A stretch of 64,000 nucleotides of DNA from a virus (taxonomy: Duplodnaviria > Heunggongvirae > Uroviricota > Caudoviricetes): IMG/VR virus record IMGVR_UViG_3300047560_002175, positions 1 through 64,000 of that record. One strand, 5' to 3'. Shown piece after piece: positions 27,757 to 41,000 of this stretch. Within the stretch, counting starts at the first letter, position 1. The number at the start of each line of letters is the position of its first letter. Position numbers and translations under genes: made by a program. The notes under the pieces were generated by a model. That model had not been told where the DNA came from. It searched no databases and was given only the letters and a program-made list of their open reading frames with translations.

Positions 27757-28299
27757 ATGAAATGGCAAATAGATAAAGAGTTCCATTTTGAAATGGGGCA
27801 TAGAGTATGGGCACAAAAATTAGAACATGCTGAGTTAAGTATTACAACTGATTGTGCGTGTAAACATTTACACGGGCATAGTTATGCAATTAAAGTGTTT
27901 TTAGGATCTGATAGTTTAGATCAATCAGAAATGGTTACTGACTTTAAAAATTTAAACTTTATGAAACAATTTGTAGATGATGTATTAGATCATAAGTTTA
28001 TGATCGATGTTAATGATCCAAACTTCAAATTAATTACAGGTCAAGATTGGGAAAATAATCCAACAACAGATCATCCATTTGCAAACTTTATAAACCTTGG
28101 TAGTTATAACTGGGTTGGTTTATCAGATGATGAAAAATTACATCTTAATAGTTTTGTATTAGTAGATTTTGTACCAACTAGTGAAAATATTTGTAGATAT
28201 TTGTTTGAATATGCACAATCACGTATTGGTGATTTAGCAAAAGTTACTGCAGTTGAGCTGTGGGAAACAAAGAAAAGTCATTGTAGATATACAGGATAA
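27757..28299 (+). CDS. queD: 6-pyruvoyl-tetrahydropterin synthase / QueD-like (6-carboxy-tetrahydropterin synthase)
   Basis: CACKHLHGHSY, the C-x5-HGH signature of the PTPS/QueD family. Length 180 aa. Confidence 0.75.
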   Translation: MKWQIDKEFHFEMGHRVWAQKLEHAELSITTDCACKHLHGHSYAIKVFLGSDSLDQSEMVTDFKNLNFMKQFVDDVLDHKFMIDVNDPNFKLITGQDWENNPTTDHPFANFINLGSYNWVGLSDDEKLHLNSFVLVDFVPTSENICRYLFEYAQSRIGDLAKVTAVELWETKKSHCRYTG

Positions 28300-28302
28300 A
28301 AC

Positions 28303-28329
28303 AAAGGCAGCGTAAGCTGCCTTTTTTAT
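28303..28329 (+). terminator. Bidirectional rho-independent terminator
   Basis: AAAGGCAGC-GTAA-GCTGCCTTT hairpin plus TTTTATT. Confidence 0.6.
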
Positions 28330-28332
28330 TGA

Positions 28333-28698
28333 CTAAACAGTCTTATCTTTTTTAGGACGACCTTTTTTCTTTTCAACAGGTGGTACTAATTTAACAATAT
28401 TTGTTAATGCGTCAGCTTTTGTAGGTTCTTTAACTTCTACAACTTTAGCTACTTTTGGCTTAGCTGGTTTTTTAACAGGTTTAACTTCTGCAACAACAGG
28501 TGTTACTACATCAATTGGTTTAGTTGCAGATGGTTTAGCTTTAGTTTTTGGTTTAGTTGCTTTTGGTTTTGCAGCTGGAGTTAATTTAACTTCTTTCACT
28601 ACAATAGTTTCACCGATGTCAGCATGCACTAATATAGGTGCTGATGTATCTTCTTTTACTTCTGATTTTTTGAATAATTGTTTAATAAATTCAAACAT
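28333..28698 (-). CDS. Histone H1-like / AT-hook Lys-Pro-Ala-rich DNA-binding protein candidate
   Basis: KPKATKPKTKAKP repeats and C-terminal KKKGRPKKDK (AT-hook GRP core). Confidence 0.45.
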   Translation of the reverse strand: MFEFIKQLFKKSEVKEDTSAPILVHADIGETIVVKEVKLTPAAKPKATKPKTKAKPSATKPIDVVTPVVAEVKPVKKPAKPKVAKVVEVKEPTKADALTNIVKLVPPVEKKKGRPKKDKTV

Positions 28699-28717
28699 AA
28701 ACTCTCCTTTTAATTAT

Positions 28718-29005
28718 TTATAAATGCCCTAGTGTCTTAAGACTACTTACTGGCATATCCCATATCTTTCTTCGTTCTACTCCTTTTTCTTGAGCAAATC
28801 GTTTAGTGTCACAATTCTCACAAACATGATAAACTTCATTTGTTAGTCGTTGAGGTGACATTGACCCTTTTTCTCTTTTAAAAATTGTACTGCATTTATC
28901 GCACCTTAAGACTACCATAGATTTTTTTCGAGAATAAACATGGTGTTTACCTAATTTGCTAGTACGATAATACTGTGTAAGTTCGTATTCAATAGATATA
29001 ATCAT
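28718..29005 (-). CDS. Zn-ribbon protein (CxxC...CxxC)
   Basis: CDKCSTIF...CENCDTKRF. Confidence 0.4.
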   Translation of the reverse strand: MIISIEYELTQYYRTSKLGKHHVYSRKKSMVVLRCDKCSTIFKREKGSMSPQRLTNEVYHVCENCDTKRFAQEKGVERRKIWDMPVSSLKTLGHL

Positions 29006-29040
29006 ACTTATATTTACATTAAGATTATAAAAATCTTTTG

Positions 29041-29047
29041 ATAAATA
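29041..29047 (+). promoter_or_regulatory. Late-promoter-like ATAAATA motif, about 38 nt upstream of the giant fibre gene
   Basis: GATAAATATT on the plus strand in the 79-nt gap before 29085. Confidence 0.3.
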
Positions 29048-29084
29048 TTGTAAAACAAGCGTTCACAAAGGGGTGTGACATAAT

Positions 29085-32000
29085 ATGGCAAAAAAAATAA
29101 TTGAAATTGGTGTTCAAGGGAATGACGGTACTGGCGACAGTATACGTGAAGCGTTTAGTAAAGTTAATGATAACTTTAGTGAAATTTATGCAGTATTTAA
29201 GAGTGAGGGTAAAATTAATTTTAGTGATCTATCTGATGGATGTACTTACATCAGTGATCAGCTTATCACCGCAAGTCACGATGGAACTACGTTAATTGCA
29301 AGAGATTTAGTACCAGGGAATGGTATATTCATATCTGCAACATCGTCGGCTATTACAATTGAAGCACAAGCAGCTTCATTATCAAATGATTTAAAACCAG
29401 AGATATCAGCACCATTTAATGCTAATAAATTTGCAATTGGTCGTTTGTCGGATCCAAGCGAAGACCTTGTAGATCTTTTTAACTTAGTATACGATATACC
29501 AACTACATTAGATGAGTTACCAGTAACTGTGGGATATGCAAATAGACGATATGCACAGTTAACTGAATCAGGTGTTATTGGTGTTTTAGAAAATGGGGTT
29601 ATAGTTCCAAGTCCTATACAAACAAGAGCAGAACCTACAACTCCTGATATTACAAACCCATTGTACGATCCAACATTAACTGGTAATTACTTGTCAACTG
29701 AAGTATTACCACGTAAGGACGTAGTATACCGTGGTGGTGATAAGATGACCGGTGCGTTAATCTTAAATGATCACCCAGGAGCAATGGCTGGAACAGTTGG
29801 TGCAATGTTTGATTCTGATCTACAGGCAGCAACTGCATTTTATGTAGATAACAAAACATTCACAAGTAATGTTAATTTATATGTTTCTGCGGCATCAGGT
29901 GACGATTTGCAACTTAGAACACCTGCAGGGAAAGAAGGTAGATATTGGAATTATGCGTTTAAATCTATCGGTGCTGCATTGTTACATGCTGAGTCATTGA
30001 TTAATTTAGCAAGTCAAGAACCTGGTCCTTACAAACAACGTATTTCTTATACACTTGGAGCAGATCAAACATTTTCAACAGTTCAACGTGTAAGATTAAC
30101 CGGTGGTGAATCTACAACACCTGGCTATGTTGCTGCATTTAACTTATTACAAGCTAATCGGTCATTTATTCAATCAGAAACAATTTCATATATTAATAAA
30201 AAGTATGTGAATAAATTTTCTTATAATAAAACACTATTTTCAAACAGAATAGAGTTTTTAATTAAAGCAGTATGTGATGATTTATTGTTAGGTGCTACTG
30301 ATCCAGATACATCAGTACCTGGAACAAATTATAGATCAATTCGGTCTGCTGTAAAATATTTACATGATGATCCATATTTAGAGCAATCGATTCAATGGTT
30401 ATCTGCTATTGAGTTTATTAGAAATCAAATTATTGAGTTTACATACGATGGACCTGCATTGCAAGATTATACTACTCAGTTAGTTACTGCATTATGCTAT
30501 GATTTGATTTTTTCTTCAAACTATCAAAGTATTCAAGCTGGTATTGCATTTAAAAATGCCGGAACTAAAGTAAGTGCAGAACAATTAGGTTCAATGCTTA
30601 CTATTAAACCTATTAACATTTTATCTGTAACAGTTAACGGTGGTGTTGTAACACTTAATTTCTTAACTCAATCATCGGCATTCTTATTAAACAGTGAAAT
30701 ATTAATTGATGCAGTGTTTACAAACGTTGACGATGAAACAAATGAAATCATAATTAAACCGAGTGAAACTGTTAACAATGTTACTACTATTACTTCTGTT
30801 ACTATTGATTCTGCATCAACTGTTTCATCTGTTAGTTTTAGAAAAGGTGGATATCCATTTATTAACGATGGCACATACACTGTAACAGGGTCGTTTGATC
30901 GTAAGAACTTAATTAATCTGTTGTTATTAACACCAGGTATTACAACTTATCCAAGTTCTGCAGTTGATATTACTGCTAATGCTACAATAGTGCGTGATAT
31001 AGTGTTAACTGGGACTATCCCAGAACCGGTTATGCCTACACCAAACAATCCACCAGCAGGGTATAATGTTCTTGGTCATGTTCATGCAAAATCGTTGTTA
31101 TTAGATAACATTTCATTTATTCAAGCTGAAGTAGTTGCTTATCTTAGTTCAGAATTCCCAGATGTATCATATAATCGAGAATTATGTTTGCGAGATGTGA
31201 AATATATCATTTGGAGTTTAGCATATGATTTAACATATGGCGGTAATAGTCAAAGTGTATATGCTGGTAAAAAATATTGGAATAATTCAACCAACTTTAT
31301 CATTGCATCTGAAAAAACCGCATGTGTAAGCGTAATTAACTATATCAATACATTGGCTCAAGCAGTCATTATAAACAGTGCGACTACTACGACCTATCAA
31401 CAATCAGTTAGACAGTACAGAAATGATACATTAACTAATGGTAATGTAGCATCAGCATCAATTGCAAGCAATGTTGCTACGATTGCAGCAATTGTGACCA
31501 GTTTAAGTAATGTTCCTGCTATTATAAATCCAAGTGTTACAACTGGTTTAGCAGAAATGCAAACTATTTTTGATAGAATTACTGCAGATATTGGAAATTA
31601 CACAGATGACACAAAATCTACATCGACAATATGGTATTTAGATAGTTATTTCCCAGTAATTAAGACATTAACTGATAAAGATAAGATTAATAACTTGTTT
31701 GATCAGATAATATCTATTGTATCCGGTGGTGTTTATCCGTCAGTAGTACCAGTTTATCCAATTGTAACTATTCCAACACCAGTTAACGTAAATGTTACTG
31801 ATGCATGGATTGTTCAAGCTACCGGATTGCTTGATCAAACAGCAATTAATACCATTGCACAATCTACAAATTCTTATATTGCGTCAGTTTATACAACAAT
31901 TACCTATAATTCAACTACTTTACAAAATGATATTAAAGATTTGTTGTTTGCAGCAATTTACGATTTAAAATATGGTGGTACATTGGCTAGTTTTGATGTT

Positions 32001-35000
32001 GCAACTACATTTACATTGTTAGGATCTAATGTTAATACTCAAAAAACAATAGTTCAAGCTGCAATTGATCATGCATGGTCTCTTACAAATACTTTATTAG
32101 TTGGAAATATAACTGGAGATACTTCAAATCATACAGTTAACAAATTGCGTGAAAAATTCACATTTGCTTCTTCATATTTTAGCAATAATCCGCCAATACA
32201 AGGCGACGATATTACAGTATCATTATTCTCAACTACTACATATGACAATGCTACTAAATTAAGAACCTTAATTTTAAATAGTTTATCTACTATTTCAAAC
32301 GATACCTTAACTTACATTGATTCAGTGTTTAAAGGTGGGTTTACTTATGATGAATCTTTATGTTATAGAGATTTAGGTTTGATTATTGATGCAATGTCAA
32401 TTGATTTAATCACTGGTGGTACATATCAATCTATAAATGCAGGTAAAAGTTTTTATAAAAACTCAAGTGCAAGAGCAGTTTCAATTGGTACACAATATAC
32501 ACAGTCATTTGATGGTATAATGTTTGCTCAATCAGTAGCATTGCAAGTATTAAATAAACAACTTAAGAATAGATACCAATTATTACCGCAAATTACACAA
32601 TTTGCAACAACAAATCCATCTAATTTAACATATATTAGCACAGGCGAATTACCAACTGATAGTATCGGTGTTACAGGCGATCGTTCATTGCCAGTTTCTC
32701 AAAATGCAATTGACACATTTGTTGCAAACATGTTAAGATTAACTGATATTATACAGTACGGTATAAGCGTTGCAGCAACACCGTCGTTTGGTTCAGGTAT
32801 TTGGAATTTATTAATTGACAATGGCGGGAGAGGCTATGTAGATCAAGGTTCTCCGTCAAATAACGACTTATTCCCAGCTAAAGTAATTGTAGGTGTTGGT
32901 ACTTCATCTATTGCTGCATCCAATGCGTATGGAAGTATTGTTACATATACATACGGCAGTGATATTTCCGGTGCACCTTTAGTGTTAGGCGATGTTGATA
33001 CACTTCAAGTACGGTTAACAAAGCCTGGATTCTTTAAATCTGCTTACACTTTAGTAGATCTTAACTGGTCTTTTGTTGGAACTACTGTTACAGTTACTAA
33101 AGCTAACCATACAATTACACAAGGTACTCGTATAATTGTAAACTTTGCCCAATTCTTTGGGTCTGGATCTAATGCCCCAATTGGAACTTGGATTGTATCG
33201 GCAGTAACAACTAACACATTTTCATTTGTAACAAGTTTAGCACCAATTGGAACTAGTACATTAATGACTGTAACGGTTCAAGTAGGTGAACAAATTGAAT
33301 TTGGTGAAACTGTTCGTGATTTGCAACTAACAATGTTCATTGAAAGTGGCATTTATTACGAAGATTATCCATTGAGAGTGTCATCAAACATATCTATTAA
33401 GGGTGACGAGTTCCGTAGAACTATAATTAGACCAAAAGATCGTATTAGTCAAAGCCCATGGCGTAAGATTTTCTTCTATCGTGATGCAATTGTTGATGCT
33501 TTAGAGGTAGGTTTAATTGATTATACCGGAACTAACTATGCTCCGAGCGGAATTACAGCGTCTTTAGACGGTGTAACTAATAAAATTGTGGTAACATTGA
33601 GCGGTAATTTCCAAGCACCATTGAGTTGGGTTGGTAAAGTGTTTGCTGATACTAATACTACAAACGGAAATGCAAAACGCGGTAAAGCTGTAGTTGACTC
33701 TGTTAGTGGTAATACTATAAATTGTACAGTAATTTACCCATTTAGCGTAAGTGGATTATATGCTGCCGGTAGTTGGAAGCTATTTGGTACTATAAATTAC
33801 GGTCGTCACTACTTAACTAACCCATTAGATGTAACAAGTACGGCTAAAAACAACAAAGATATCGACGTTTTATTATGTAATGAAGGTACACGTATTGTTG
33901 GTGTAACATTCCAAGGTCATGGCGGGTTTGCTATGGTACTTGATCCAGAAGGAAACATCAAAACTAAGTCACCGTATATTCAAGAATGCGCAAGTTTCAC
34001 ACAAAGTAACAATTATAAGAGATTTGCAGGTGGACAATACATTGACGGATTTGCAGGAAGACTATACGGTAACATCATAGGTGTTTCTAATGACGGTATT
34101 ACTGTAACTGTACAAGGTGAAACTAATAGTGGTTTAGATATTAGACCTCCACAACCACCATGTTCGTTCTATGTACGTGGAAAACGTTATCAAATTGATG
34201 ATATTGTAAGTTTTGATGCAACTACTGCAACTGTAGTATTAACATTGGATAAAACTACACCGTATTTACATACAACATCTGGTGTTTTAACATACGACGA
34301 TGTTAAAGCAAAACGTGATATCGGTTATGTTTTGGATGCAATTGCAAGCGATGCTGCATTAGGTACAACATATCGTTCAGTACATGCTGGTCGTTCTTTC
34401 TTAAAAATATATTCTAGTCGTTTAGTGGGAGATTTACAAGATCTTACTATTGCAGGTATTAATAAAGCATTAGAATTGTCAAATACAACACTTAGCGGTA
34501 GTACATATTCAAGTATTAGAACTCAATATGCCACTAATATTGCTATTATTACTTCTATGATTTCAAATGGAGTTAATGCAACACCAACTATTGTATGGTC
34601 TACTAGTTCAACAGCTGATGATAACTTAGCTCGTAATATTATTCAAAACAATAAAGCATTTATTAAGTCAGAAATTAGTGCATATATCGCACAATACTTT
34701 ACTTTAGGTGATTACCCAAGATACAATGTATTAACAAGTGAACGAGATGTTGGTTATGTACTTGACGCTATGACATATGACATGTTCTATGGTGGTGATA
34801 GTCAAACAAAAGATAGTGCAGAAGCATTCTTTTACAATAATACATCGTATATACCTGATGAAAATGTAATTTGTTCAGCTGCGTATACCAGATTAAAAGC
34901 TGTATTAGCTGCTGTAGTTGCGGGATCACCAGTTGTTGTAAGTTCAGGTAACAGTGTTTCACAAATACTAACAAATCCGCCAGCATCATCAGCCGGTTAT

Positions 35001-38000
35001 GTTACTAAATTAAACACACTGAGCGACATTGTTATTGATTATATTGCAGACGGTAGTTATAGTTCACCAAGAACAAGTGCTCGTACATATCCATTGTTAC
35101 CAGTAGGTACAACTGGAACTACAGCTTATAACTTATTCTTTGATACCGGAACAAATCCAGCTACTAAAACAACTGCTGAAACTACTATTGAAACTTCTGT
35201 ATCAACTTTCTTAAAAAATGGTGCAAACTTAAGAATTAATATTGAAGCTGGCGGTAACCGTTCAATGTTAGGTAACGATTTTGCTATGTTTAATGATTTA
35301 GCATATGGTATTTTAGCTACTAATGGTGCATTTACTGAACAAGTATGTACATTCACATATTATGCGCATACCGGGCTTTGGGCAAACAATGGTAGTAACT
35401 TACGTGGTGTAGGATGTTCAAATACATTTGGTAACTACGGTATGAGAGCATCCGGTTATGACGTTACTGAATTACCAGATAGTACAAATCTTGCTAATCA
35501 TATGATTCAAACTGCTCGAGTATATAAGCAAGGCATAGTTGCAAACGAAATGATTCCAACCGCAACTGTTCCGGCTATTGCAGTGTGGATCATTGGGTAT
35601 GATTATATTCCAACTAATGGTTCAATTATGGAAATTAATCATTCTGTTAATAGTGGAACTATCAATAGTTACACTGTAACATCGGCAGAATATACTACTA
35701 TACAATTTGCAAATCAAACTGTTCTTAAATTAAATTTAAACACAACTGACACAGGTTCTGGATCAGGTTTATCAAAAGAATTGTACGATGGACAAATGGT
35801 TTCTATTAGATCACTTAAAAATGTTAAGTTTAATAATGTTGATAATGTTAAACCAACAAGACCGTCAACTGCGTTACAATATGTTGATAATTTAAATGAT
35901 GTATATCGTATCATTGCTTACAATTTAACAGAATCAACTGGTGATATGTTAGGTGATAACATTGCAATATTACAAAGTGATAACTCATTTGCATATTACA
36001 ATTTTACAACTGATCCTAAATCAATAATAATAGGTGATCCTGATTCAAGTATCTATACTACTGTAGCATTAAACGGAGGCGCAACTACTAGTACATCATT
36101 AACTGTTACAAGTGCAACAGGTATTTTACAAGGTCACATAATTAGTGGTGTTGGCTTTACTGGACAGATAATTACTAACATTAACGGTAATGTTCTTACA
36201 TTAAGTTCAGCACCAAATGCCACACCATATGGCACTGTGTATTTTTCATTCAAAACACAAGGTTCTAAAGTAGGTGATACTAAAATTGCAGTTGATCAAG
36301 TTTCTCAATTAAGAATAATAGATCAAATTAACAAAGGCACTTATATTACAGCATGGAATGGTAGATTACATCGTGTATTGAGATATGTAACTCCAACATT
36401 TGCAGTGTCTAAAACTTATGCATCTTACAACAGTGGTACTTCTACAATGGTAGTAACTGGTTCAGCAGGATCGATTACTGCTGGTATGTTAGTTATTAAA
36501 CGAAATGCAACAACCGAAGCACTTGAATTTACCGGTACTGTAGTGTCGGCAACTGTAGTAGGTCTTACAACAGAAGTTGTGATATCAACTCCAAATCAAG
36601 TAGTAACTCCGTTAACTCAAGGCCCTGTAACATTTGGTGTAACTGCAAACGGTTATATTGAACTATCACCAAATGCATTTATAAACAATGCTGCTAATGG
36701 TGTTTCTGTTAATGCAATGACTTATCTAAGTTCAGACTTCCAAGTTGATAGTATTACTGCTAAAGTAGTAACTTTTGATATACCATTTAGTAAAGATAAT
36801 TTATTACCAAAAGTTGATAGTTATCTAACATTTGCAGGCAACTCAAATGCAAGTTATAATGGCGAATATCAAATAACCAGGGTAATAAATCAAACATTAG
36901 TAACATTGTCAACTATTACTGATTTTGTAGTAGGTATGGTTGTAACTTCACAAGTAACTACACAATTTATTACAAACTCAGGCGGTGTTTCAACATTTAC
37001 ATCAACTGCAAATCATAACATGGTATTAAATGATCCAGTAACAGTAAATGTTTCAAGTAATATGAATGGTCTTGTTCAAAGCACTACGTATTATGTTAAA
37101 ACAATTCCAACTTCAACATCGTTTACATTAAGTGCGACATCAGGCGGTACTGCATTAGGTAATTTTGGTATTGTTGTATCAGCTGGGGTTGTGATTATTT
37201 CGATAGCAACTAATTTAGGTGTATCAACGTTTACAACAAACACATCACATGGTTTAGTTTCTGGTAATACATTTGCACCAAATATCAGTACAAACAGTTT
37301 TGTTGCTGGAACTACCTATTATGTTAAAGATGTAACATCAAATACGTTTACATTAAGTGCAACATCAGGTGGTTTAGCGTTAGGAAACTTTGGAACTACT
37401 AATGTAATTTCATCGTCAGTATCATTTAAAACTCCACAGACTGCTATTATACCCGGCGGTAGTGCAATTATTCAATCTGTTTCATCTGATCCATTAGTTA
37501 AAACAATTGTAATCAGTCCTGCAGCATGGGTTCCTGCAAACTCGCCAATTAGAGCATCGTTAGCTGCAAGTGTAATGAGTATTTCAATTACATCAGGTGG
37601 TTCAGGATATACATCTGCACCATCTTTAACAATTGAAGGTGGTTCTCCAACTCAACGAGCAACTGCAACTTGTACAATTGTTAACGGTGAGATTAATGAA
37701 GTTCGTGTAATTATTAAAGGTAGTGGATATGTTTCTATACCGTCAGTTACAGTTACACCTGCGGTTGGTAATATTCCAACTTCAACTGCTGTATTATCTG
37801 TAAACTTATCAACTGCTGTATTGCGTGATGCTACTTCAACAACTGGTGTGTCTACAATACAGATGTCTGCATTGTATCCAACAGATCCAGGTACATTTGG
37901 AACTGTTACATCGATTACAGTATCTGCTGAAACTACAACTACTACTACATATAATTCAGTTAGTGGTTATTCAATGGCTTATACAGTATCATCAGGATCT

Positions 38001-41000
38001 ACAAAACCTGCAAATGATACTTGGTGCAAGGTTGAAGGTAATAGTAATGCGTTGTATAATGGATTTTTCCAAGTTATTTCAACTGCAAGCACTACAATTA
38101 CATTATTTTCTCCATTAAATCCAGGAATTTATGGAACTGGTACTACAACTATTACTTCTACTCCTACAAACGGAACAAGTACAAGTTTAGGTATTAGTAA
38201 ACCATTTAGTACTAAAGATGGATACACATTTAACATTGGTTATGCCGCAAATACATTTGCTCAAGTAACAACACGCATTAGTACATGTCGTGCTACTGGA
38301 CATGACTTCTGTGATATTGGGACAGGTGGATATAGTACAACAAATATTCCATATTCAATCTATGGTGAGCCTGCATTAAGTCGTCAAGTTTCACATGAAA
38401 CATTAGATGAAAGTGTAGGACGTTGTTTCTATGTATCAACTAACCAAGATGGTATATTTAGAGTAGGTAAATTCTTCTCAGTAGACCAAGGTACAGGTGT
38501 TGTAACACTTAGTTCAAAGACTGCATTGTCAAATATTGAAGCATTTGGATTTAGTGGCGGCGGTGCTGTTGTAAATGAATTTTCAACAGACTCAACATTA
38601 ACTGATAACTCCTCTAATAAAGTACCAGTTGAAAGTGCAGTACGTGGATATATTGATAAACGGTTAGGCATTGATCATGGTGGTTCTCCATTACCGTTCT
38701 TGTCAATTATTGGACCAGGATTTGTTCCATTAAATGGTTCAGCAAAAATGACAGGAGATTTGGTATTAGGTGGAAATGGTATTACAGGTGTTAGATCTCC
38801 AATTTCATCGTCTGATGTAGTAACTAAAGGTTATTTAGAGCAATCATTATTAGCACACAATTCATTAAATGAACTCGATGATGTAACATTAACTACTCCA
38901 AGTAACGGACAATCAATATTTTATGATTCAGTATCAGCTAAATGGAGAAATGCTGTATTCTCAGGAGATGTTTCAGTTTTAGTTCGCCCATCGACTACAC
39001 TTGACAATGTTATTGTTAGTAGAGGAACAGCATCTGGTATTGATAGTGAGTTTACATGTGATGCAAATGTTGGATTGTTTGTTGGACAACAAGTTACATT
39101 CTCTGGGACATATTCTGGTTCTGGGTTAATAAATGGTTATACTAATCCATCTACATATTTTATTATTGCAACTAATGGAACTACAACTTTCCAACTTTCA
39201 ACTGTAAAAGGTGGTGTTGCTGTTACTGCTACTGCAGGTACATTAGGTTTAACTGTAACGGTTCCGTTGATGTCAATTGCAATAGGTAGTGGAAGAATTG
39301 TTAATAGTATGATTAGTTCTGCTGCTAAAATTGATCAAAGTAAATTATCTTTGAATTTAGCAGGTACATCAACTACTACAGGCGGAACATTAGGTGTAGC
39401 AAGTTTCAGTAGTTATCAATTTAGTGTTGATGCTAACGGTTGGGTAACATTAGCTAATTCATCATCAGAAACAACCGGAACAACATTAACTAAATTGCAG
39501 CATGTTCCAGCTAAAACTGTATTGAGTAACTTAACCGATGGTTCTACAAATGTTGTTGCAAATTCTGCATCTGAGGTAGTTAGAGTTGGTGAAGGTATAC
39601 AACTTGGGTCGTTTACATCAGTTGGTGTTATGACAGTTACTTCAGTTTTAAATTCAAAACCAACTGGATTTGCTGTCGTTGGTATTACAACAACAGGTGA
39701 AGGGTCAAAAATTGTTAAAACTGGTACATCAGGTGGTATTGATGTTGCTGAATTATTAATTGATGGTTATTCTGTTCTTGATGTTGATGCAACACCTGTA
39801 GGTGGAGCTGCTTCAGCAATTGTACAGTTTAAGACACCAGGTAACTACACATTCTTAACTGCAACAGGTAACAACACAGTTAATAACCCAAGTGTTATTA
39901 GTGTTGCCGGAACATTAGATGTTACTGGTACTAATAGTTCAATAAAATGTTCATCTTTATCAACCGGTAGCACAGGTACAGAAGGTACATTAACTGGAGC
40001 TTGGAAATTAGCATCAGGTAGTTCGTTAGACTTTTCAGCAGGTTTTGTAACATCTTCGTCTGCAGGGTTAACATCGAGTGATTTAAATACAATAACAAGA
40101 CCAGCATTGATATTAGATTTTGCAAATAGTAAAACACTTGATCCTCGTATTTCGTTTACTCGTAATTCAATTGGAACATATACTAATGCACAAGGTTTAT
40201 TAGTAACTGCAAGCGTTCATCAAGCAAGATTTGATTTTAATCCAACAACTGGTGTATCAAAAGGTTTGTTAATTGAAGAACAAAGAACTAATGTGTTATG
40301 TGGATCTGCATCATTTGCAATATCAGGCGGAACTAACCAATGGGTTGATAGCAGTATTTCAAGAGGGGTAGGATCAACTTCACCTGCAGGAACAGCTACT
40401 ATTACATTTACTGCATCGGCAGGAAATGCAACAATTATAAGTAACGCAGTTGCATCGGGTACTTCATACAGAACTTTTTCAATATGGTTAAAAAGAGAAG
40501 CAGGTACAGGTGATATTCAATATACATTAAATAACGGTGCTACTTGGACTACACAGGCGATTACAAGTACATTAACACGTTATAGTTGGTCTGCTTCAGT
40601 TACTAATGCAAGTGTTGGTATTAGAATTGTAACATCAGGTAATTCAATTACAATGTGGGGAGCTCAGTTAGAAGATGGAGCATTTGCAACATCTTACATT
40701 CCGACTACAACTGCTGCAGTTATAAGAAGAGCAGATGTTGCAATCGTAAATGGAACTAATTTTTCAAGATGGTATAGACAAGCCGAAGGAACATTTGTAT
40801 TAACACATGCTGCATTAGGCATTGATGCTGTTGCAAATTCATATAATGGTGTTAAAGTTCAATCTACTGATTTAACTGCGTCTATGGAAATACGATGCGG
40901 GTCAACTGGTACAGGTTTATTGTATGATGTAAAAGGTTTAACTAATACTGGTACTACTCAGTTTGATTTTATTGGATATTCAACATTAACAGTAAATACT

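Noticed and set aside
29101-40137. Short ORFs in other frames within the giant fibre gene (29101-29295, 29650-29859, 30668-30880, 34768-34989, 35126-35356, 35714-35914, 37825-38118, 38429-38671, 39931-40137). The same kind occurs in the next two genes (42156-42800, 43830-44123, 44886-45122, 45845-46063, 47004-47261).
   Set aside because: These are chance ORFs nested in long verified reading frames. The fibre ORFs show consistent repeat and domain structure across their whole length.
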